Source: Promethearchaeota archaeon
Lineage (GTDB): Archaea > Asgardarchaeota > Lokiarchaeia > Sigyniarchaeales > SOKP01
Length of the DNA stretch: 15,133 nucleotides
Direction: 5' to 3'
Assembly: GCA_016926735.1 (NCBI GenBank)
Contig: JAFGOA010000169.1
Span: 1-15,133 of the forward strand
Shown here: one piece after another, positions 7,409 through 15,133 of the stretch
Layout of the letters: each line of letters opens with the position of its first letter
Position numbering within the stretch: position 1 is the first letter of the stretch
The notes under the pieces: generated by a model
The model's database searches: none
The model's input: the letters and a program-made list of their open reading frames with translations, nothing else
Told to the model about the DNA's origin: nothing
Position numbers and translations under genes: made by a program

Positions 7409-7409
7409 T

Positions 7410-9065
7410 TTATATAGCTAAATATTCTTTAAGACCTAAAAAGGGAATAATTACTTTAGAGGGCCTATATTTAATTTCATAGTTTATTTCATGTAAAATC
7501 CTATCTATGATAAAAAAGTTTATTAATTTATGATCATATTCTGGTGTTTTGATGATTCTGTCAATAAATGAAGACTCCCATAAATTTAGCAATATTAATA
7601 TATTTTTTAATTCTGAATTGATTTTTTTATTATCTACTCCAAAAAAAATATCATGAAGATAATCCTCTGAATTTATAAAATTATCAGTTCTATATCGATT
7701 TTTAATTAGTTCTAATAGAGTATTATATTTAATATAGCTAAAGGATCGTAAAAAAGATGCAATATCTCTCTCTTTTGGGAATTTCTGTTGTTTTTCTTTA
7801 AAATTATAATCAGGATCTCCTTCAAAATCAGTAATATGATAAAGAAATGCCTTATCTTTTTTATAATATAAAATTTGCTCCATATGTAAATCTTGATGAA
7901 TCGCTTGGATTTTAATTTCTATTTTTTCCAAATTAGTACATAATGTTTTGATGGTATATGATATTTCATCTAAAAGATTTTGAATTTCAAGTGGATTTAT
8001 AAAAGGTATTTTATCTTTATTTAAATTGATTTCTGGAATAATTAAAATTAATTTTTGTGAAAAATTTCTCAAGAAATACTCTTTTTCAATAATATCTGAA
8101 GAATATATTCTATTATTATCTGAGATCATTGCTTTATGAAATTGGAGAAATAATTCACAAATTTCATTACTAATATTAATTGAATTAGAACATTTCTTTT
8201 TAATCAATTCCTCAAGAAATAATTTATCATGAAAATCTATAGTGAAACTATCTTTTTTGTCTACAATTGAATAAACTAAATTATTTACCTCATTCCAAAA
8301 GATTTCTCCAATATTTCCTTCATTTTGAATAAAATTCATAAGACTTATAATTGTTTTCCCTTTAAAATTAACTACTGCGTTTATTTTAGGAATATTTAAA
8401 AATTTATTATTAGTTAAAATTTCCAATGTTATTGGTTCTAAATTTTCAGAAAAACCTCTATATGATTTAAAAACATACGAATCAAAAGGAATTGTATTAG
8501 AAGTTAATGTTATTTTAAAGATTAGATTAGTAGTATTACCTTTTCCTAATTGTTGTAGTTCTAATTTAAATTTAGTTTTATCTAATGTTAACAATTGATC
8601 TATTTTTTTTTCTAATTCTTTGTTTTTGTATTCTAAAGATAAATCTTGAAGCTCTTTATAACTATTTTTACAGAAAAATAAATTTTCCCAAAAATTAATT
8701 AAAAATTCTGCTTCTATAATTATGAATTTAAATTCTTCCAGATTTTCATTTTCTGGAAAATTATATTTCATTTCCAGAATATCATCATAATTAACATTGA
8801 TTTCATGTTTATCTTTAAAAAAAGCTAATGGTAAAAAATATTGTTTTTCATAATCAATATTTATAACATTAATTACAGTTAGACATATATTTTCAGTTAA
8901 AAATTCAGAAAAAACCAATGAAATATTAAATTTTAAATTTAATAATTGAGATTTATCTCCAAACCATCTCTTTGAATATAACCAATACTTAAATAATTTA
9001 TTTTGAATTAATTTTTCAATAGTATTCTTGTTAATATATCTAAGAAATGACATAAAAGTTAGCAC
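7410..9065 (-). CDS. mak: Maltokinase (Mak/Pep2 family, APH/kinase-like fold)
   Basis: N-cap WLYSKRWFGDK (canonical WL..QRWF..K), FKSYR, IHQDLHMEQIL (HGDLHLGQVL), TDFEGDP (DFEGEP), RDIASFLRSFSY (RDVAGMLRSF.Y), HEINYEIKYRP...IPFLGL (YE..YE...RP.W..IPL.G). GTG start, alternative ATG at 9053. Confidence 0.88.
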   Translation of the reverse strand: MLTFMSFLRYINKNTIEKLIQNKLFKYWLYSKRWFGDKSQLLNLKFNISLVFSEFLTENICLTVINVINIDYEKQYFLPLAFFKDKHEINVNYDDILEMKYNFPENENLEEFKFIIIEAEFLINFWENLFFCKNSYKELQDLSLEYKNKELEKKIDQLLTLDKTKFKLELQQLGKGNTTNLIFKITLTSNTIPFDSYVFKSYRGFSENLEPITLEILTNNKFLNIPKINAVVNFKGKTIISLMNFIQNEGNIGEIFWNEVNNLVYSIVDKKDSFTIDFHDKLFLEELIKKKCSNSINISNEICELFLQFHKAMISDNNRIYSSDIIEKEYFLRNFSQKLILIIPEINLNKDKIPFINPLEIQNLLDEISYTIKTLCTNLEKIEIKIQAIHQDLHMEQILYYKKDKAFLYHITDFEGDPDYNFKEKQQKFPKERDIASFLRSFSYIKYNTLLELIKNRYRTDNFINSEDYLHDIFFGVDNKKINSELKNILILLNLWESSFIDRIIKTPEYDHKLINFFIIDRILHEINYEIKYRPSKVIIPFLGLKEYLAI

Positions 9066-9121
9066 TTAATGAAAGAATTTTATAAAGATCTTAAGATTTT
9101 GTCGGTTTATTTATTGAGAGA

Positions 9122-10093
9122 TTATTCTTTCCTAAAAAATTTTTTGGATATCATACAAATTTTTAAACTTATCCAATAAATTAGATCCTTATCTTTACTT
9201 TTTAATAATTTAAAATCCCATAAACCACTTTCAATTTGTCTGTTTTTCAATATCTCGATTGCTTTTTGTATATTTGGATATGATATATCAAAATCTAATT
9301 TTACAAGACTATCAAGACTCGAAATGATATCAGTAAACCAAAAAGGAAATGATACTTTAAACCAATAATCTTTTGAACGACGGTCGGGGTATTTATCTGC
9401 AATGAAGAATCTAGAAGCTAATAATTCTCCAGCTTTTTTAGCTTCTTGAGATGTTTTATAATATGGATGAGCTGCAAATGTTCTCAATATAATACCTGTT
9501 ACTAAATGAGAAGAAGGTTTCGTTTTAATTGGTTTGAGAATATTATCGCTATTTTCTGCAGAGAGCCAATCTGCATTATTTGTGCGAATAGGTATAGCCC
9601 AACCACCATCATCATGCCTCAATGAAAGCAACCAGTTAAAAGATTTTTCAATACGAGGATCAGATTCATAACCTGCTTTTATGAGTATTTCTGTAATTCC
9701 AGCTGAATAATTAGGAGAATATTGTTTGCCATAAATTCCTCGAAAATCTCCCTCAGCAGTCTGAAAATTAAATAAAAAATCTGCTGCTTTTTGAATAGCA
9801 ACATTTTTATTATTAAAACCATACTTTTCGACAAGAATTCCCATCTGTCGATATGTTTCTAATTGATTATAGTTTTGCTGTACTTTTTTATTAATATTTT
9901 TTGGAGGATACTCCCAAGAACCATCATTTCTTTGAATTTTAAGAATTGATAGAGCTTCTGGTATATTCCATAATTTTTCTATTGATCCTGCTTCTTTTTC
10001 CAAAATATCTCTATTTAAAAAGTATTTTATAGCGGAATTATTTACAATTTTTAAAGGTTCAATAGGATCGTAATTAAAAATATCTAATAGCAT
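9122..10093 (-). CDS. Prenyltransferase/squalene oxidase (QW) repeat protein, single alpha/alpha barrel
   Basis: Four QW-type repeats: LKIQRNDGSW, FNFQTAEGDF, LSLRHDDGGW, KNRQIESGLW. No DxDD cyclase motif. Confidence 0.8.
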   Translation of the reverse strand: MLLDIFNYDPIEPLKIVNNSAIKYFLNRDILEKEAGSIEKLWNIPEALSILKIQRNDGSWEYPPKNINKKVQQNYNQLETYRQMGILVEKYGFNNKNVAIQKAADFLFNFQTAEGDFRGIYGKQYSPNYSAGITEILIKAGYESDPRIEKSFNWLLSLRHDDGGWAIPIRTNNADWLSAENSDNILKPIKTKPSSHLVTGIILRTFAAHPYYKTSQEAKKAGELLASRFFIADKYPDRRSKDYWFKVSFPFWFTDIISSLDSLVKLDFDISYPNIQKAIEILKNRQIESGLWDFKLLKSKDKDLIYWISLKICMISKKFFRKE

Positions 10094-10223
10094 AATAAAA
10101 TCTTGTTCTTTTCTTATTATAATTTTATTTCGAATAAAATATGTATTTTATTTAAAAATATTTTAAAATATAATGATTTTTTTTAAAATAAATGGATTTT
10201 TTAAATCTGATTAGTTCATTGTA

Positions 10224-10231
10224 TTTATATT
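10224..10231 (+). promoter_or_regulatory. Candidate TATA box for the GH57 gene
   Basis: TTTATATT about 40 nt upstream of the ATG at 10271; weak evidence in such AT-rich DNA. Confidence 0.3.
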
Positions 10232-10270
10232 CTATATTATTTTAGTATATCTTAAAAAGAGATTTTAAAA

Positions 10271-12445
10271 ATGGAACAAGAAAAAAGTATAAATCTGCCA
10301 ATTGTTTTTCATTTTCATCAACCGGTTGGGAATTTTCCATGGGTTATAGAAGACTGTTATAATAAATCATATAAACCATTAATTGAGAATATTTATAACT
10401 ATCCAGATGTTAAAATTACTCTTCATTTTTCAGGAAATTTATTAGAATGGTTTATAAAGGAAAAACCGGATTTAATTGTTAAAATTAAGGAAATGGCTAA
10501 AAGAGGACAAATAGAAATTATAGGGGGAGGTTTTTATGAACCTATTTATGCAATTATTCCAGATAGAGATAAAATTTCTCAAATGAAAAAATTATCAAAG
10601 TTGATAAAACAAGAATTTGGATTAGAAGTAAAGGGTGCATGGCTTTCAGAAAGGGTTTGGGAACCTAATTATCCTTCATTTTTAAGTGAAGTTGGTTTAA
10701 AATATGTTATCGTAGATGATAATCATTTTAGATCAAGTGGTATCACAGAAGAGGATACATTCTATTCTTATATTACCGAAGATAATGGAAAGACAGTAAG
10801 AGTATTTCCTATTAATGAAGAATTACGATATCTTACTCCTTGGAAACCTACATATAAATCTATTGATTATTTAAAGTCTATTGCGGATAATAAAGGTGAT
10901 AGGATGGCTCTTCTAATTTCTGATGCTGAAAAAATGGGAGTTTGGGGATCTACACATGAATTTTGTTATATTGAAGGTAAAGGCCATTATGAAGGGGACA
11001 ATGGAAAGCCTTTTGTTAAAGCTTTTTTTGAACAAATTACTAATAACAAATTCATTAAATCACTAACATTATCAGAATATATGGATAAATATTATGCAAA
11101 AAGTTTAGTATATTTACCCACTGCAACATATGATAAAATGGAAGAATGGGTTTTACCAACAGAGATAAGAAAACGATTCGAGAAAGAAAGAGAATTATTA
11201 AGAGAAGATAAAGAAAAACAAGATTTATATTTATTTTTAAAAGGAGGTTTTTGGAGATATTTTCTTGTAAAATATCCAGAATCAAATAATATGCATAAAA
11301 AAATGTTGTATGTAAGAGATAAACTCATAAATATCGAAAATAAGATTAAAAAAGTTAAAGATAAGAATTTACTTAAGAAAATTGAAAGTAAATTAGATCA
11401 AACATGGGAAGAAATATATAAAAGTCAATGCAATGATGTTTATTGGCATGGACTATTTGGTGGTGTATATATTCAATTTCTAAGATTTTTTATATATTCT
11501 TCATTAATAAATGCTGAAAATATCATTGATGAGATTAGCTCACTATTATTTCCTACCTTAAATTCTTATATAAGTGTTATTCCAATCGATTTTGATAAAA
11601 ATAGTAAAATGAATTTAATTATTGAATCAAATATGCTTAATGTTTACATTGATCCTAATGATGGAGGTACTATTTTTGAATTAGATTATAAACCTAAATC
11701 GTACAATCTTTTAAATACTCTCACAAGATGGAAAGAAGCATATCATGATAAAAAAAAAATTGAAGAAAATATAATATCGATAGATAGATTCAGACGAAGT
11801 TTACTTCGATTAAGATTTATGCATAATGAGGTTTCATTAGAAGACATAGCTTCTGATAATTATTATGAATTTTCTGATTTTATTAATCAGGAATATGTTA
11901 TCACTAAGAATGAAAAGTCTGATAATAGAGCAATAATTTTATTATCAAAAGAAGGAAATCTTAAAGATTCAAAATCTAATAAAGATATAAAATGTAAAAT
12001 AATAAAAGAAATCATTGTACAAAATAACATTATTTCCATAAATATAATGGGAACACTCCTTAATGGATCAGATAAAAAAGATTTAATTCAACAAGTGTGT
12101 AAATATCTTAATATTGGTATTGACATTCCATTTTTCTTTAATGGAAATCCTAAAGAATTTAAATGGGAAAGCAACCAAGTAGATGACAATGAGATTGCCT
12201 CAAATCGTTTTATAGATAATTTTCAATATAAAGGAAATCATTTCAAAGCTTATGATAAGACTTATGATTTTTCGTTAGAAATTAATGTTGATTCTGATTT
12301 AGAACCACGTATCGCTAAATTTCCAATTGTTACAAATACCTATACCGATGAAGGATTTCAATATATTTTTCAAGGTATTAATACAATTCTGATTTTCAAA
12401 TTGAGAGAAAATTTCACAATAAACTTGGAATTGAAAATAAATTGA
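10271..12445 (+). CDS. GH57 4-alpha-glucanotransferase / alpha-amylase (with DUF1925/DUF1926-type C-terminal domains)
   Basis: GH57 regions HFHQPVGNF, GGGFYEPI, WLSERVWEP (nucleophile E127), ISDAEKMGVW (acid/base D218), SQCNDVYWHGLFGGVY. The 91-residue catalytic spacing equals that of the Thermococcus litoralis enzyme (E123/D214). Confidence 0.95.
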   Translation: MEQEKSINLPIVFHFHQPVGNFPWVIEDCYNKSYKPLIENIYNYPDVKITLHFSGNLLEWFIKEKPDLIVKIKEMAKRGQIEIIGGGFYEPIYAIIPDRDKISQMKKLSKLIKQEFGLEVKGAWLSERVWEPNYPSFLSEVGLKYVIVDDNHFRSSGITEEDTFYSYITEDNGKTVRVFPINEELRYLTPWKPTYKSIDYLKSIADNKGDRMALLISDAEKMGVWGSTHEFCYIEGKGHYEGDNGKPFVKAFFEQITNNKFIKSLTLSEYMDKYYAKSLVYLPTATYDKMEEWVLPTEIRKRFEKERELLREDKEKQDLYLFLKGGFWRYFLVKYPESNNMHKKMLYVRDKLINIENKIKKVKDKNLLKKIESKLDQTWEEIYKSQCNDVYWHGLFGGVYIQFLRFFIYSSLINAENIIDEISSLLFPTLNSYISVIPIDFDKNSKMNLIIESNMLNVYIDPNDGGTIFELDYKPKSYNLLNTLTRWKEAYHDKKKIEENIISIDRFRRSLLRLRFMHNEVSLEDIASDNYYEFSDFINQEYVITKNEKSDNRAIILLSKEGNLKDSKSNKDIKCKIIKEIIVQNNIISINIMGTLLNGSDKKDLIQQVCKYLNIGIDIPFFFNGNPKEFKWESNQVDDNEIASNRFIDNFQYKGNHFKAYDKTYDFSLEINVDSDLEPRIAKFPIVTNTYTDEGFQYIFQGINTILIFKLRENFTINLELKIN

Positions 12446-12461
12446 TATAATTGCTGGAATG

Positions 12462-12498
12462 TTCTTTTTTATTTCTTTTATTATTTATGTTAGTTTTT
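12462..12498 (+). terminator. Putative oligo-T terminator of the GH57 gene
   Basis: TTCTTTTTTATTTCTTTTATTATTT...TTTTT starting about 17 nt after the stop. Confidence 0.45.
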
Positions 12499-12585
12499 AT
12501 GATTAATGTCGAATTCAATAAGCTTTATATAGTATTAAAACGAATGTAAAAATAAGTAGTAAAAATTTCGAGTATATAAATAAAA

Positions 12586-12729
12586 ATGAGAGAAAATAGA
12601 TATTTTGCAGAAAGAAATTCTTGGTCTTTTAATAATAATAAGTCTTTTAGAGAAACGCTAAGTCGAAATAAAATTCTTTCAAAAATAAGAAATCAACTTA
12701 TTGAAAAAAAATTTAAAAATAATTTATAA
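12586..12729 (+). CDS. Possible small basic protein (47 aa, not in ORF track)
   Basis: ATG..TAA, MRENRYFAERNSWSFNNNKSFRETLSRNKILSKIRNQLIEKKFKNNL*. TTTATATA box at 12524-12531 upstream; it fills an otherwise empty 336-bp gap. Confidence 0.35.
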   Translation: MRENRYFAERNSWSFNNNKSFRETLSRNKILSKIRNQLIEKKFKNNL

Positions 12730-12781
12730 GAATTATGATTATAAAATATCTTATACTCATTTAATGAAATTATCAAAATAT

Positions 12782-13462
12782 TTAATCAATATCTGAAAAT
12801 CCATATTGTCCAATTAAAGGTACGAATCTAACACTAGTTATTTCTTTTATTTTAAATTCAGCTTCTAATTTCTGAATTTTATACAATCGTTGGATATAAT
12901 TTTTTGTACCCGCAGGAATACATAAAATCCCTCCAACTTTTAATTGTGTTTTAAAGGGAACGGGTATTTTTTCAGGTGAAGCTGCAGTTACTAATATTTT
13001 ATCATATGGCGCTTTCTCAGGATATCCTAAAGTTCCATCACCTTCAATTACAGTTACCCGGTTATCATAACCTGTTTTTTTTAAATTTTCTTTTGCTTTT
13101 TCTGCTAGTTCTTTATATCTTTCAATTGTATATACATGTCCTTTAAAGTCTTTATGTTTAAAGGATATTAGTTCAGCACATAAAGCTGCATGATATCCTG
13201 AACCAGTTCCTATTTCCAATATTTTATCATCTTGTTCAATATTCAGAATTTCACACATTATAGCATTCATGTGAGGAGCGCTAATTGTTTGATCACAACC
13301 TATTGAAATAGGAGAATCAATATATGCAGAGGATTTGGCATTTTCTGGAAGAAATTCCTCTCTTGGTACAACTAACATCGCATGAATTACATTTTTTGTT
13401 TTTAATATCTTTCTTTCCACTAGATTTTTTACTAGTCTTTCTCTTTTTTCAATATAATCCAT
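12782..13462 (-). CDS. pcm: Protein-L-isoaspartate(D-aspartate) O-methyltransferase
   Basis: VPREEF, AYIDSP, QTISAPHM, ILEIGTGSGYHAA, GDGTLGYPEKAPYDKILVTAA, QLKVGG, VRFVPL. Confidence 0.97.
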   Translation of the reverse strand: MDYIEKRERLVKNLVERKILKTKNVIHAMLVVPREEFLPENAKSSAYIDSPISIGCDQTISAPHMNAIMCEILNIEQDDKILEIGTGSGYHAALCAELISFKHKDFKGHVYTIERYKELAEKAKENLKKTGYDNRVTVIEGDGTLGYPEKAPYDKILVTAASPEKIPVPFKTQLKVGGILCIPAGTKNYIQRLYKIQKLEAEFKIKEITSVRFVPLIGQYGFSDID

Positions 13463-13810
13463 ACTTTTATACCATTTATCGAATTTTTATCAAATAATAT
13501 ATCTCTAAAACTACTTTAATCTATACTACATTTAATAGTGTTAATTAAATTGTCAAATGTTTATAAAACACCATATATAAAATAAATATTAACTATAATA
13601 AGGATTATTATCTTTTTTTTTGGTAAAATATAGACTATTTAAATTTAATAGTGAGTTTAAAATCTTAATTTATAGTTTATATAAAATTAAGTTTTTCGAA
13701 TAAATTTCAGATATTTTAAATTAAATCTGATTAAAATTTAATACGTATAGTTTAATAAAAATAATATTAAAGAGATGTATTATACTTCTAAACAAATTAA
13801 TGGTAATAAT

Positions 13811-15058
13811 CTAAAGATTTGAAAGAATATATACTCTATCATCTATATTTACACTGTTTTTAAAAATTATTTCAATTTTCGGAGAATCCTCTTTATTTTC
13901 ACGTTTTATAGTTTCGATTTCAATATCATTTACTTTCATTTTTTTGATAATTTCCGTTGAGAACGTATGATCACCAATAATTATCAGTTCATCTCCCACA
14001 TTTAATGAGATGTTCATATTTTCTAAAAGAACATGAAAAATCTTATTTTCTTTATCGCAATTTACTACTTTACCTATATAATGTTTTTTAAAAGGAGAAA
14101 TATTACCTCTGTTTTTTAATTGAATATCTTCAATTGTAGGTTTATTAAAATAAAAACCAGTATGAAATCCTCTATTATAAACTCTTGATAACTTTTGAAG
14201 CAAATAATTAATTTTATTTCTATCATATGTTCCATTAAAATAGGATGTTATAGCTTCTTTATAACATTGAGTGATCGTTTTAACATATAAAGGATCTTTC
14301 ATTCTACCTTCGATCTTAAAAGCATCTATTCCAGAAGTTATTAGAGCGGGAATATATTCAACCATACAAAGATCTTTAGCATTTAGAAATAATTCACCGT
14401 TGTAAATAATTTCATGATTTTCATCGTCAATCATTTTCCATTCTCTGCGACAAGGTTGAATACATAACCCTCGGTTAGCTGAATATTCTTCTGATTCACA
14501 TATTGTTGCTGATAAATAGCATCTTCCACTAATTGCAGTACACATTGATCCATGAATAAAACATTCAATCTCCGTAGTGCTTAATTGAGATTTTATTTCT
14601 TTAATTTGAATTAATGAAAGTTCTCGAGCTAGAACTATTCTTTTTGCTCCTAGATTTTCATAGAATAAAGCACTCTGAATATTAGAGATATTAGCTTGTG
14701 TAGAAACATGGAAGGGTATATTATACTTTTTGGCTAATGATATAGCAGCAATATCATGAGCTATAATAGCATCAATATTTGCATCTTTTGCTTCTCCAAT
14801 TAATTTTTCCAAGTCATCCAATTCAGAATTATAGATTATTATATTCGTACATAAATATGCTTTTATTTTAGGTTCTTGAACATGGCAATATTCAGTTATA
14901 TTATAAATGTCTGATCTTTTGAAATTTTTAGCTTTTAATCTCATATTATATTTGTCTATCCCAAAATAGATAGCATCTGGAAGGTTCTCAATATAATTTA
15001 AGGTTTTCCAATTTTGTATTGGTACTAATAATTCTGGTCTATTCATTTCTAATAACAT
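13811..15058 (-). CDS. Peptidase U32-family protein (TrhP/RlhA-like, probable Fe-S RNA hydroxylation protein)
   Basis: PELL.P, DAIYFG, HVSTQANISN, RIVLARELS, ECFIHGSMCTAISGRCYLS, ANRGLCIQPCR (CX6CX18CX3C), KDLC, FKIEGR, plus a C-terminal beta-barrel-like region. Confidence 0.93.
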   Translation of the reverse strand: MLLEMNRPELLVPIQNWKTLNYIENLPDAIYFGIDKYNMRLKAKNFKRSDIYNITEYCHVQEPKIKAYLCTNIIIYNSELDDLEKLIGEAKDANIDAIIAHDIAAISLAKKYNIPFHVSTQANISNIQSALFYENLGAKRIVLARELSLIQIKEIKSQLSTTEIECFIHGSMCTAISGRCYLSATICESEEYSANRGLCIQPCRREWKMIDDENHEIIYNGELFLNAKDLCMVEYIPALITSGIDAFKIEGRMKDPLYVKTITQCYKEAITSYFNGTYDRNKINYLLQKLSRVYNRGFHTGFYFNKPTIEDIQLKNRGNISPFKKHYIGKVVNCDKENKIFHVLLENMNISLNVGDELIIIGDHTFSTEIIKKMKVNDIEIETIKRENKEDSPKIEIIFKNSVNIDDRVYILSNL

Positions 15059-15133
15059 TCTATACTAAAGAAAAATTATTTAATATATTTAAATTTAAAA
15101 AAATAAATTTATTTTTTTTTTTATTTTTTTTAA

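Noticed and set aside
7290-7409. 39 open codons in frame after the maltokinase TAA (possible readthrough), and the hairpin as a possible SECIS
   Set aside because: The stop is TAA, the protein already ends at the normal Mak C-terminus, there is no in-frame TGA gene nearby, and the hairpin lacks the AUGA/GA SECIS core arrangement.
9122-10093. Squalene-hopene cyclase or protein prenyltransferase call
   Set aside because: About half the length of a cyclase, no DxDD, and no recognisable prenyltransferase zinc ligands.
11055-11285. 76-aa minus-strand ORF in the track
   Set aside because: Entirely antisense to the well-supported GH57 gene; its Leu/Ile richness is the expected shadow of A-rich codons.
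11092-11328. 78-aa minus-strand ORF in the track
   Set aside because: Antisense shadow inside conserved GH57 sequence; no motif.
1-15133. CRISPR array, tRNA/rRNA, IS element or provirus
   Set aside because: No regularly spaced repeats, no GC-rich structural RNA-sized segment, and no transposase, integrase or viral hallmark ORF seen by eye.

Overview
Very AT-rich archaeal window, most consistent with an Asgard archaeon (Lokiarchaeia-like; inferred from gene content, not proven). Left block: a small His-rich protein, a minus-strand HhH + Rag/Arf-like small GTPase + Roadblock fusion, and a divergent plus-strand run of a vWA + two C4HC3 RING-like finger protein resembling TFIIH p44/Ssl1, a divergent MtrH-family protein and an alpha-SNAP/TPR-like protein. 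Middle: divergent ArsR-type and ribbon-helix-helix regulators separated by about 835 bp of non-coding DNA. Right block: maltokinase (Mak/Pep2), a QW-repeat prenyltransferase/squalene-cyclase-fold protein, a GH57 4-alpha-glucanotransferase/alpha-amylase, pcm and a U32-family protein. No rRNA, tRNA, CRISPR array or transposase was recognised. The best candidate for an undescribed system is the eukaryote-signature cluster at 280-5100, especially the p44-like vWA-RING-RING protein. All family calls come from motif recognition by eye; no searches were run.
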